Positions 19,218 through 28,554 of a stretch of DNA of 64,000 bases are shown piece after piece (position 1 is the first letter of the stretch; each line of letters starts with the position of its first letter). The notes below the pieces were generated by a model. That model was not told the DNA's origin. It saw only the letters and a program-made list of their open reading frames with translations, and searched no databases. Where the stretch lies: assembly GCA_963762565.1 (NCBI GenBank), contig CAVXLD010000003.1:385538-449537 (forward strand). The letters run 5' to 3'. A program made the translations under genes and the position numbers. The DNA comes from an uncultured Verrucomicrobiae bacterium (GTDB lineage Bacteria; Verrucomicrobiota; Verrucomicrobiia; Chthoniobacterales; JAFAMB01).

Positions 19218-20537
19218 TCAAAGTCGAACGCCACGAATCGATGCATCAACGAGCTCTATACCGTGATGAACGGGCACCTTGCGTCCTGCCCGAGCCAGGG
19301 CCGATTGAAGCTGGAGGAGGCATCCAGGGTTAGCTGATACGACCATGTCCGGGTTCACCTCGGCGACGTGACTCACCTTGCGATCACCGAGCTCGGCGGC
19401 AGCTTCGGGTTGAACAAGGTTGTAAATGCCGGCAGAGCCGCAGCAGACGGCAGCTTCGGGGATCTCCAGGATTTCCAGGTTCGGGATACCGGTAAGCACA
19501 GTCCGGGGCTGTGACCGGATTTTTTGCGCATGCTGCAGATGACAAGCATCGTGGTAAGCAACGCGGATCGGCAAGGGATGTCGTTGCGCGCGGGGCTCCA
19601 GTTCGGCTAGGAATTCGAAAATGTCACGGCATTTGGCTGAAAATGTTTTCGCGCGTTCGGCATATTCCGGGTCATCCCGTAGCAGGTGGCCGTAGTCTTT
19701 CATATTCGAACCGCACCCGGCGGCATTGATGATCACGGTGTCGACCTCAGCCTTTTCAAATAGGTCGATGGTTCGTCGGGCGAACCGTATCGCCTGTTCT
19801 TCTTCGCCTGTGTGAACCAGCAGGGCGCCGCAACAGGGTTGGGCCTCCGGAGCCACCACTTCACAGCCTTCCGCGGCCAGCACCCGCGCCGTGGCCGCGT
19901 TTACCTGCGGGAAAAAGACGCGCTGAACACAGCCTAGTAATAAACCCACTCGGCGCCGTTTCTCGCCTTGGGCCGGACTCAATTCAGGGACTCTCTCCTG
20001 TGCCGGGACGCGCGGTAACAACGCTTCCATAGCCTGAAACCGTTTCGGCAGCAGTTTCGGGATACCAAGGCGTCGAACTAGTTTATCCAGCCCGGTCTGC
20101 TGATAGAGACGAAGCGGCAAGGCTAACAAGCGCAGCCGTTCCGGCCGGGTAAACGTGCTGAACAAGAACTGGCGAAATCGTTTTTCGGCGGCAGGTCGCT
20201 CGTAACGGCGTTCGATCTGGGCGCGGGTTGCTTCGATCAGTTTTCCGTAGTCAACACCGGAAGGGCAGGCGGTCATGCAGGCCATGCAACCAAGGCAAGC
20301 GTCGAAATGTCCGACCCAGGTTTTGTTGATGGACGCATCGCCTTCGGCGGCCATCTTCATCAGATAGATACGGCCGCGGGGCGAATCCATCTCCTCTTTC
20401 CAAAGGATATAAGTAGGACACACCGGCAGGCAAAAACCGCAGTGAACGCATTGGTCGATGAGCTCGCTTGCCGGCGGATGATGAGCGTCGTAAGCGCTTA
20501 TTCTGGCTGGATGCAATGTCGCTGATTCAGGCATCAA
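19218..20537 (-). CDS. glcF: Glycolate oxidase iron-sulfur subunit
   Basis: 439 aa. Two ferredoxin-type Cys clusters (CVHCGFCLPVCPTY, CLGCMACMTACPSG) and CCG domains. Overlaps the upstream gene by 4 nt. Confidence 0.88.
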   Translation of the reverse strand: MMPESATLHPARISAYDAHHPPASELIDQCVHCGFCLPVCPTYILWKEEMDSPRGRIYLMKMAAEGDASINKTWVGHFDACLGCMACMTACPSGVDYGKLIEATRAQIERRYERPAAEKRFRQFLFSTFTRPERLRLLALPLRLYQQTGLDKLVRRLGIPKLLPKRFQAMEALLPRVPAQERVPELSPAQGEKRRRVGLLLGCVQRVFFPQVNAATARVLAAEGCEVVAPEAQPCCGALLVHTGEEEQAIRFARRTIDLFEKAEVDTVIINAAGCGSNMKDYGHLLRDDPEYAERAKTFSAKCRDIFEFLAELEPRAQRHPLPIRVAYHDACHLQHAQKIRSQPRTVLTGIPNLEILEIPEAAVCCGSAGIYNLVQPEAAAELGDRKVSHVAEVNPDMVVSANPGCLLQLQSALARAGRKVPVHHGIELVDASIRGVRL

Positions 20538-21856
20538 ATTCCTCCGACGAATCGTCCGGGATTCAGTGTCTTTCGCGGGTCGAGTTGTTCCTTAATACTC
20601 AGCATCAGAGGCAGGGTATCGCCGCAATTTCCCCACGCATCGATGGCCGGCATGTCCGGCGGTCGATGTGCCACGGCCAGCGACCCGCCAGTCCGTTCCA
20701 GCTCGGAACGGAGTGCCTGCAGCATTTGGTGAATGGCCATCGGATTCCGTGCCTCGAGCCGGACCCACCCCAGGCCTGTTCCTTGCACTACCGCACGCCA
20801 ATCGACCCCTCCAAACCTCGCCAAGTCGCAGACTTGCTTGCAGGTGTCAGCGATGGCTGTGGGCAGCACGCTGAACTTAGCGATCGCTGCCGGTATCGGC
20901 CCCGTCGTGTTCTTGTTTAGTGAAGCCGTTTCATCGAAGAGGTCTTGGCGCGCTTGCCAGACTTTATCGCTGGATTCAGTTTCCTTGGCCACCCCCGCCA
21001 GTTTTCGTAAGCTCTCGGTTTGGGCGGCGAGGCCGGCCTCGGTTCCGTCAAAACGAATATCGATCGCAGGCAATGTTTCCGATGCAGATCGGATCTGCAA
21101 CCCCGTGTGTGCGAGCTTGGAATCCTGAACTGCTAACAATAAGCGGTTAGCATCGGCCGGGTTCTGAGCCTCGAATGTGAACGACAGAATATTCCGGGGC
21201 AGGGGATGCAACCGAAATATGGCCCGGGTAATAACGCCCAGTGTGCCCAGCGCTCCGGTGACCAGTTTCGGAAGGTCATATCCGGCCACGTTTTTTACGA
21301 CTTTGCCACCACTCGATGCCAGAGTGCCGTCGGGCAAGGCAATCGTCGTGCCGATAACCAGATCGCGCAGCGCACCGTACCGTATCCGCAAGGTCCCGCT
21401 ATCGTTGGTGGAAAGGATGCCGCCGATGGTCGCTTGCTCGGGCCACAAAGGATCCACCGCAACGTGTTGTCCATGTTGAGCCAGGGTCTGTTGAAGTTTC
21501 CCGATAGTGCACCCGGCTTCCACGCTGACGGTCAGATCAGCCCAGGCATGTTCGATAACCCGGTTGAGCCGCGCGGTTGAAAGAATAAGGTCCGCCCGGG
21601 TTGGCGGGTTGCCCCAACTATTCTTGGAGCCGCCGCCGCGCGGTATTACACTGAGTCCGGCGGCATCGGCGTTACCCAGGACAGCAGCCAGTTCGGTTTC
21701 ATTTGCCGGCTCGAAGACCAGCTGCGGCTGGATGCCGGCCACGATGTCACCCGCTCCGGCGTCTCGCCATTGTTCCGCGTTTCCGATAGCGCTGAGATCC
21801 GCCAATGAGCTTGCGATCCCTGCGTTCGTTCCCGAAGTTGACAGTGGGGCCGCCAT
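20534..21856 (-). CDS. glcE: Glycolate oxidase FAD-binding subunit
   Basis: 440 aa FAD-binding PCMH-type protein (VIPRGGGSKNSWG) located between the glcD-like and glcF-like genes. Confidence 0.8.
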   Translation of the reverse strand: MAAPLSTSGTNAGIASSLADLSAIGNAEQWRDAGAGDIVAGIQPQLVFEPANETELAAVLGNADAAGLSVIPRGGGSKNSWGNPPTRADLILSTARLNRVIEHAWADLTVSVEAGCTIGKLQQTLAQHGQHVAVDPLWPEQATIGGILSTNDSGTLRIRYGALRDLVIGTTIALPDGTLASSGGKVVKNVAGYDLPKLVTGALGTLGVITRAIFRLHPLPRNILSFTFEAQNPADANRLLLAVQDSKLAHTGLQIRSASETLPAIDIRFDGTEAGLAAQTESLRKLAGVAKETESSDKVWQARQDLFDETASLNKNTTGPIPAAIAKFSVLPTAIADTCKQVCDLARFGGVDWRAVVQGTGLGWVRLEARNPMAIHQMLQALRSELERTGGSLAVAHRPPDMPAIDAWGNCGDTLPLMLSIKEQLDPRKTLNPGRFVGGI

Positions 21857-21857
21857 C

Positions 21858-23306
21858 TTAGAAACGCTCTGCTATTCCGGCCACCTCCAAAGGATGAGGC
21901 TCATATTTTCCCGGCTCTTCGCCGCAAAGTCGTGGACGCGGAAAAACCTTGGTCGGATTCGAAAGTTGTTTCGGGTCGAAAGCGCAGCGCACCCGTTGCA
22001 TTGTTTCCAGATCGGGCTCAGCATACATCTTCGACATCATCATCTTTTTCTCTTCGCCGACGCCGTGCTCACCGGTGATTGAACCGCCCGCCTCAATACA
22101 AAGTTCCAGGATGCGGTTCGCCAGCGTTTCTGCGGCATGCTCTTGTCCTTCTATTCTCCGATCATAAAGCACTAAAGGATGCAGATTCCCGTCGCCGGCG
22201 TGAAACACATTAGCGACTCTGACTCCGGATTCGGCGCCGAGCCGCTCGATCTCCCTCATAATCCGGGGCAGCGCGGTGCGCGGAATCACGCCGTCCTGCA
22301 CAATATAATTAGGCGAGATGCGGCCGACAGCGGCGAACGCCGCTTTGCGGCCTTTCCAAACCAAGGCGCGTTCAGCATCGGTTTGGGCTACCCGAATCTC
22401 CGTGGCGCCGCACTTGCGGCAGATCGCGTCGACTTGCGGCATGAGGGCTTCGACTTCCGCAATCGGGCCGTCGAGCTCAACCAACAATAAGCCACCACAG
22501 TTTGGATAATTGGCATGCACGGCGGCTTCAGCTGCTTGAATAGCCAGGTTGTCCATCATCTCGATTGCGGCCGGTAACATGCCTGCGCCGATGATATCGC
22601 TAACCGCAACTCCTGCCTCCATCGTGGAACCAAACGCAGCCAGCAAGGTGTGAATGCATTCCGGACGTTTGACGATGCGGAGGATGACTTTGGTGGCGAT
22701 ACCTAAGGTTCCCTCTGAACCGACAAAGACTCCGGTGAGATCGTAACCAGGGGCGTCGAGTGCTCTGCCACCTAAATGGGCAAGCGACCCGTCCGGTAGC
22801 ACCACTTCCAACCCCAGCACATGCGTGGTTGTAAAACCGTATTTCAGGCAGTGAGCGCCGCCGGCGTTTTCCGCCACATTCCCACCGATACTGCAGACTG
22901 ATTGTGATGAAGGATCCGGTGCATAAAAGAATCCATAGGGTGCGACCCGCTCGGTTACCTCCAGATTGATCACGCCGGGCTCAACCACCATCCGAGCGTT
23001 AGGTAAATCGACTTCCAGAATCCGATTCATCCGAGCAGTGCTGATCACCACGCCGTTCTTCACTGGCAAAGCGCCTCCGCTCAATCCAGTACCAGAGCCT
23101 CGCGCCACGAATGGAATTTCGGCCCGATGACAGACGCGCACGACTCCTTGCACTTGTTCGGTTGAGCTTGGTAGCAGCACTGCATCCGGCAACACGCGAA
23201 AGATGGTTAGCCCATCGCACTCGTAGGTCTTTAATTGTTCGGGGGAGCTGATCAGTCCGCGATCGCCGACAACGTCGCGAAATTCTTGGAGAATGCGGGG
23301 GTCCAC
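21858..23306 (-). CDS. glcD: Glycolate oxidase subunit GlcD (FAD-linked oxidase)
   Basis: 482 aa. FVARGSGTGLSGGALP FAD motif and a C-terminal GEHGVG motif typical of GlcD/D-lactate dehydrogenase. Confidence 0.9.
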   Translation of the reverse strand: MDPRILQEFRDVVGDRGLISSPEQLKTYECDGLTIFRVLPDAVLLPSSTEQVQGVVRVCHRAEIPFVARGSGTGLSGGALPVKNGVVISTARMNRILEVDLPNARMVVEPGVINLEVTERVAPYGFFYAPDPSSQSVCSIGGNVAENAGGAHCLKYGFTTTHVLGLEVVLPDGSLAHLGGRALDAPGYDLTGVFVGSEGTLGIATKVILRIVKRPECIHTLLAAFGSTMEAGVAVSDIIGAGMLPAAIEMMDNLAIQAAEAAVHANYPNCGGLLLVELDGPIAEVEALMPQVDAICRKCGATEIRVAQTDAERALVWKGRKAAFAAVGRISPNYIVQDGVIPRTALPRIMREIERLGAESGVRVANVFHAGDGNLHPLVLYDRRIEGQEHAAETLANRILELCIEAGGSITGEHGVGEEKKMMMSKMYAEPDLETMQRVRCAFDPKQLSNPTKVFPRPRLCGEEPGKYEPHPLEVAGIAERF

Positions 23307-23364
23307 GTGTGAGTCAGCCTAGTGCGGTGGCGGGAGGACGTCAACGGCCTGAGGGCCTCGTAAC

Positions 23365-23656
23365 TGGTGGGGCGAGGCTCCCGAACGATCTAACGCTGTT
23401 CGCGGCGGCGCCGAGCGGTTGCTATCCCTGGTAGTCCAAGGTCCGGCGCGCGCCGAGCCGCCGACCCATGACGCGCTCTCACCCAACGCAACGCCGGAAT
23501 GGGATCACGTTGGCGGCCTCGAGAATAATCCTTGAGAACGGAATCAGCGCTGGGTCAATCGCGGCTCGGCGCGCGCATGGCGTTCGATACGATGCGTCGA
23601 GATACGTCAACTGCGCTGCGAAGACCTGTCGGTACTGCGGGAGCCTCGCCCCACCA
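23365..23656. repeat. R4 element bounded by a perfect 19-bp inverted repeat (TGGTGGGGCGAGGCTCCCG)
   Basis: tggtggggcgaggctcccg at 23365-23383 and its exact reverse complement at 23638-23656. The right arm lies inside the 3' end of the EamA ORF. Confidence 0.75.
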
Positions 23657-24551
23657 AATTTGCTCCCTCACGCCCTTTCTCCGCCCGATGCAGTGCTACC
23701 CCGGCGACTACCAATGCCAGGCCAACCAGTTGTGGGCCGGATGGGAATTGTCGCAAAACAATGATACCCATCGCGGTGGCGGTAGCGGGGAGAAGGGATA
23801 ACAGAAGCGAGAAACTCGCGGCCGGTAGCTTCTTCATGGCGAGTTGGTCGCACACGTAGGGGATAACCGAGGAGGAGATGCCGACTCCGGCGGCAGCAGC
23901 TAGAAGGACGGGACTCACGAACGCGACCCTGGCATCCCGGATCCCGATGGGGATAATCGTTATCATGGCGACCAGCATCGCTGAGCCGATGGCATCGGCT
24001 CCTGCAATGACGCTGCTCGAAGCGATAGCATGTCCAATCGATACATACAGCATGAAAAGGGCGCAATTGGCGAAAGCGAAGAAATACCCGACGACTGCGT
24101 TCTTAATCTCGATCCGGGTAAGAAAATAGACGCCGGCCACGGCTAGACCTAAGCTCACAAAGTTACGAGGGGTTCGGAATTGGGAAACGGCCAGCAGAAT
24201 CGGACCGAGAAATTCAATCGCGCCCACCGTGCCCAATGGCAGCACCGAGATCGAAAGATAGAAACAGCTGTTCATCGCGGCCAGAACAACGCCGAACGCG
24301 ATAATGCGGTGTCGATCCCGGCGATCCAACGCTAAGAAGACGCGCCAAGGTTTTCGGAAGAGGGCGAAGACGGCCGCAGCCGTTGCGATCCGCAACCAGG
24401 CGACACCCAGTGGTGCGACGTCCCTGAAGAGGATTACGGCAAAGGCCGGTCCGAGGTAATGAAAGACCGCGCTGATCAGGAAAAAGGAAAGTGGTGGCCA
24501 CCGAGATAAACGCGTTTCAAGGTCAGTTGTTGGCAAAACCCTAAAATGCAT
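23607..24551 (-). CDS. EamA/DMT-family transporter
   Basis: 314 aa with 10 predicted TM segments in two EamA-like halves. The last ~17 codons are encoded by the R4 repeat arm and flanking sequence. Confidence 0.8.
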   Translation of the reverse strand: MHFRVLPTTDLETRLSRWPPLSFFLISAVFHYLGPAFAVILFRDVAPLGVAWLRIATAAAVFALFRKPWRVFLALDRRDRHRIIAFGVVLAAMNSCFYLSISVLPLGTVGAIEFLGPILLAVSQFRTPRNFVSLGLAVAGVYFLTRIEIKNAVVGYFFAFANCALFMLYVSIGHAIASSSVIAGADAIGSAMLVAMITIIPIGIRDARVAFVSPVLLAAAAGVGISSSVIPYVCDQLAMKKLPAASFSLLLSLLPATATAMGIIVLRQFPSGPQLVGLALVVAGVALHRAEKGREGANLVGRGSRSTDRSSQRS

Positions 24552-24639
24552 TTACCATTTTAGGTAGATAGAACGGCTAAAGCTATACTGGAACTGTAAT
24601 CAATCAGACGAATCTTTTTCTGAATATGAGAATAACTTC

Positions 24640-25261
24640 GTGAAAAGTTATCAAAATGGTAAATCGGATTTAGATGCGCGGGATTTGGCGATTCTCAAGT
24701 GCCTGGAGAATGACCCTCGCTTGGGGATCAGCGAGCTTGCCCGGCAAGTCGATTTGTCCGCTCCAACCGTACGGGAACGTTTACAACGGCTAGCCGACAC
24801 GGGCGTGATTCGCCGTTGGTGGATGGAAATCGATCCGCGGGCGTTGGGTTATCCGATCTGTGTTTACATTCGAGTGCGTCCAATGCCGGGACAGCTGAAC
24901 AAAATTGCAGGTCTATGGTGCGGGGTGATCGAGCCAAAAAAGAGATTCATCTGGTGATTGAGCCTCGGATGTGTACCCACTTTTACCACTACTTCCTGCA
25001 CGCCGATTTTGGGCTGATGCACGTACGGGTACAGAGTTGGTTTCTTACGCTAACGACCTGCCTCAAGTGGTCGAGGCGCATCGGGTCACCGGGGAAGATT
25101 GTTTTATCATCAAGGCGTACATCAAAGCTCTGGAGAACTTGGATCAGCTGCTGGACCGTTTTTAAGCGTTCGGTCAAACGACCACCTCGATAGTCCAGTC
25201 TTCACCGGAGGGCTATACTGGAGTGAGGCCAAAGCGAGTACGCTACGGATCTGCTTTTTAA
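24640..25261 (+). pseudogene. Lrp/AsnC-family transcriptional regulator, disrupted by a 133-bp insertion and an in-frame TAA
   Basis: The N-terminal HTH (DLAILKCLENDPRLGISELARQVDLSAPTVRERLQRL) runs to ...QLNKIAGL at 24915. The RAM domain resumes at 25049 (ANDLPQVVEAHRVTGEDCFIIKAYI...) in another frame. TAA at 25166-25168 interrupts ...LLDRF*AFGQTTTSIVQSSP. Confidence 0.8.
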
Positions 25262-25407
25262 AGATGAAGGAGTCTGGCTGCACTTTACCGACAGTTTTTA
25301 CATCACGGCATTAGTAGTTATGCCAGTCCCGACGTGCTGCGCTTCCTTGGCCAGCGCCGGCCCATAGCTCTGAGGCTCAGATAACCAGAACCCTAAAGCA
25401 ACGGCCC

Positions 25408-25533
25408 GAAGAGATACGCATACGCCATAGTGTCAACGCTAACTCAATTAAGCTCTATGACAAGCAGAGCCTGATTTTGCGCGTGGAGACGACGATAAAT
25501 GAACCAAAACAGTTCAAGGTCTATCGGGCCAGG
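25408..25533 (+). pseudogene. Fragment of an uncharacterised conserved protein family (EEIRIRHSVNANSIKLYDKQSLILRVETTINEPKQFKVYRAR)
   Basis: Short open frame with no start. I recall the motif pair ...KxYDK...LRxETTINxP... from a widespread family of hypothetical proteins. A second piece of the same kind (HFYHYFLHADFGLMHVRVQSWF) is the 133-bp insert at 24916-25048. Confidence 0.4.
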
Positions 25534-25566
25534 GGTTCCACAGCGAGGATTGCCGATCCCGGTAGT

Positions 25567-25803
25567 TGGTAGGGCGAAGCTCCCGAAAGGCGGACCGGCG
25601 AATCGGCGAATGGGCGAAACGGCGAGAGGGCGAACCAAGGCGCAAGGCGCTGTGAAGACAATAACCTAGAGGCTATAAGGCCAATGACATCGAAAACCAG
25701 AGGGTAAGCGCTGAAAGCGTCTACAGAGCGTTCCGTCACAGCGCGTCGCGTGTGTATTCGCCGTTTCGCCCATTCGCTGTTTCGGGAGCCTCGCCCTACC
25801 AAA
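25567..25803. repeat. R4 element, second copy (long hairpin with GGCGAA-type inner repeats)
   Basis: tggtagggcgaagctcccg (25567-25585) pairs with cgggagcctcgccctacca (25783-25800), an 18/19 match. The inner arms ggcgaatgggcgaaacggcga and tcgccgtttcgcccattcgc are also complementary. Confidence 0.7.
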
Positions 25804-25808
25804 TATCG

Positions 25809-27782
25809 TTACTTTGCAGACCGGTAAGGCAATCCGTTCCGGTAATGATCGAGCTCGGACTGGAGCGCGTTTGCTAGCGCCGAGTTTCTCTGGTCCGTTG
25901 CAAGTTTTAGCGCGTGTTCTGCGGTTTCGATTGCTTCAGAGAATTGTCCTTGCTGGGCATAGGCTGCCGCCAGGATGCGGAGTACCAAAGGATTCGTGCC
26001 ACTGGTAGCTTCGTTGGCGCGTTCGGCCAATTTCACCGCGATCGCTTTTCGAATAGTTGATTGCGGCGATGTAGCCAATGCCCAGGCGAGGTTACCTTCC
26101 GCCCGCACATCTTGAGGATTAATTTCGAGTGCCTTCTGGTAGTGATCGATTGCTTCGTCAAGCTTTCCCTGTTGAAGTAAAACGGCGCCAAGATTGTTGT
26201 GGGCGTCTGCGTTATTCGGATTGATTGCCAGCGTCGACTGGTACTCAGTAATTGCGTCATCAACTTCACCTCGAGCCAGCAGCGCGTTGGCGAGATTGTA
26301 ATGAACGCCGGCTTCACCCGGTTTTAATTCAACCGCTTTTTGATATTGGTAAATCGCTTCACCGAGTTCTCCTTTATTGAGCAGCGCGTTACCGAGATTG
26401 GCATAGGCGCTAGCTTCATCCGGTTTGATCTCGATCGCTTTACTAAAGTGGTCGATGGCCTCGTCGAGTTGCCCCTTCTTTAGAAGAAGTGCGCCCAGGT
26501 TATTATGAGCCATCCACGCGGTCGGATTCTTTCTGATGGTTGTCTGCCACACGGTTTCGACGTCTTGATAAATCCCACTCTGGGTGTGACTCAGCAGAGT
26601 CATGGTGATCAATAAGAGGCCGCACAGTGTATATCCGGTCCAACGGTGCCACGGCTGCAAGTGTTCAAGCAGCAGTGTGATCCCGGCCGATATCGGGACG
26701 ATGATGCCAAGCAGAGCCAGATATTGGAAATGATCTGCTACTAATGAATACCGGAAAGGATAAACGTTAAAAAAACCCAGCACCGGAAACAACGTTCCGA
26801 TGAAGAAGAGCATTCCAGCTAACGGTGCGCGCCGCCAACGGCTTAACCAGACGAGTATGGCCAAGGTCAGCCCTAGTGCGACCGGGAATAGGTATTGCCA
26901 CCAGACGGATTGGCTGACCTGCCAGCGCGGATAAATGAAAATCAGGTCTAACGGCCAAAGCAGTTTGCCCAGATAAAAGCAGGTAACCCGTCCCGCAATG
27001 AGAACGCGTTCGATTAACGAGAATGCGTAGGCTGAGCCTTCAGCGCCGATAAGGCTTCGCTCGATCCAGGCGGTAACGGACGCTGCCGCTATGCCAAGAA
27101 CGAAGAAAGGGAAAAGCGGCAACGCGTCGCGTTTTAAGGATAATTTCCCTCGTTTCCACCAAAAGATGAGAAGCAGTGCGGCGGGAAGAGTGGCGATGAC
27201 GGTTTTCGATAGGAGTCCTAATAGAAAAAGTGCAATGGCCGTTAAGTATGGGCCAAGTTTACGGGTGCGATCGAACTCGAGATAGACCAATCCGGAGCCG
27301 AGATAGAAAACGCCCGAAAGTGTGTTCTTAAGTTCTGAGATCCAAGCGACGGATTCGACTTGAACAGGATGAAGAGCGAAGATAGCGGCCGCTAACCATG
27401 TTCCCGGAATCTCAAGCCGGCGCAAGATCTTGAGCAGGAGGAGGGCCGAAAGGCACTGGAGGACGATATTGACCAGGTGATAGCCTACGGGTGAGTTGCC
27501 CCAAAGCTGGTGCTCGACCCAAAAGAACGTATGGACCAAAGGATAATATTGTTGGGTGCTACCCGGCTGGGTCCAGATCTTGACCAGTCCGTCCCAGGAA
27601 CGTAAATCGGGGCGGGTAATGTGAGCGTCGTCGTCCCAGATGGGGCTTCCATTCAGTGCAGGAAAGTAGGCGAGGGCGGTGAGAACAAACAAGAGCAGGG
27701 CAAAGACCCAATCGTGGCGCCACCAGGGCATCGCTTCGCCGGCTGTAGTTGATGCTTTGATGCTTTCTCGAAGCTGAGTCAT
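25809..27782 (-). CDS. TMTC-like protein: polytopic membrane domain plus C-terminal TPR repeats (putative protein O-mannosyltransferase-like)
   Basis: 657 aa. About 400 aa with many TM helices (PMT_2/DUF1736-like, ...IWDDDAHIT...) followed by 6-7 TPR units (AHNNLGALLLKKGQLDEAIDHFSKAIEIKPD...). Confidence 0.75.
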   Translation of the reverse strand: MTQLRESIKASTTAGEAMPWWRHDWVFALLLFVLTALAYFPALNGSPIWDDDAHITRPDLRSWDGLVKIWTQPGSTQQYYPLVHTFFWVEHQLWGNSPVGYHLVNIVLQCLSALLLLKILRRLEIPGTWLAAAIFALHPVQVESVAWISELKNTLSGVFYLGSGLVYLEFDRTRKLGPYLTAIALFLLGLLSKTVIATLPAALLLIFWWKRGKLSLKRDALPLFPFFVLGIAAASVTAWIERSLIGAEGSAYAFSLIERVLIAGRVTCFYLGKLLWPLDLIFIYPRWQVSQSVWWQYLFPVALGLTLAILVWLSRWRRAPLAGMLFFIGTLFPVLGFFNVYPFRYSLVADHFQYLALLGIIVPISAGITLLLEHLQPWHRWTGYTLCGLLLITMTLLSHTQSGIYQDVETVWQTTIRKNPTAWMAHNNLGALLLKKGQLDEAIDHFSKAIEIKPDEASAYANLGNALLNKGELGEAIYQYQKAVELKPGEAGVHYNLANALLARGEVDDAITEYQSTLAINPNNADAHNNLGAVLLQQGKLDEAIDHYQKALEINPQDVRAEGNLAWALATSPQSTIRKAIAVKLAERANEATSGTNPLVLRILAAAYAQQGQFSEAIETAEHALKLATDQRNSALANALQSELDHYRNGLPYRSAK

Positions 27783-27840
27783 CGATGTTCCCGGCGCGGA
27801 GGTTAGCCGATTTTTAGTATTTTGTCGTCACGGGAGATCC

Positions 27841-28533
27841 GGGAGGGCGCGCGTCCTCGCGCGCCGCGAACAGGTCTGTATTGGCGGTGTAACCCAACGC
27901 TCAGTCGGGTCTATCTTGGGCTTCGAGAACGACTGATCGCGAGGACGCGATCCCTCCCAGCGCTGGGTCCAACAATGCCCCGCGTCGGTGCGCGCGCGTT
28001 GACGTAAGGAATCGATGTGATCACCCCGGACGGGGAGGGCGCGCGTCCTCGCGCGCCGCGAACAGGTCTGTATTGTCGGTGTAATCCTACGCTCAATCGG
28101 GTCTATCTTGGGCTTCGAGAACGACTGATCGCGAGGACGCGATCCCTCCCAGCGCTGGGTCCAACAATGCCCCGCGTCGGTGCGCGCGCGTTGACGTAAG
28201 GAATCGATGTGATCAACCCTGACGGGGAGGGCGCGCGTCCTCGCGCGCCGCGAACAGGTCTGTATTGTCGGTGTAATCCTACGCTCAATCGGGTCTATCT
28301 TGGGCTTCGAGAACGACTGATCGCGAGGACGCGATCTCTCCCAGCGCTGGGTCCAACAATGCCCCGCGTCGGTGCACGCGCGTTGACGTAAGGAATCGAT
28401 GTGATCACCCCCGACGGGGAGGGCGCACGTCCTCGCGCGCCGCGAACAGGTCTGTATTGTCGGTGTAACCCAACGCTCAATCGGATCTATCTTGGGCTTC
28501 GAGAACAACGGATCGCGAGGACGCGATCCCTCC
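27841..28533 (+). repeat. Tandem array: 4 copies of a 192-bp unit (118-bp R1 core plus 74-bp linker)
   Basis: GGGAGGGC starts at 27841, 28033, 28225 and 28417, an exact 192-bp phase. The copies differ by only a few substitutions. The last copy lacks the linker. Confidence 0.95.
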
Positions 28534-28554
28534 AGGCGCGGGCATTGCTCATCC

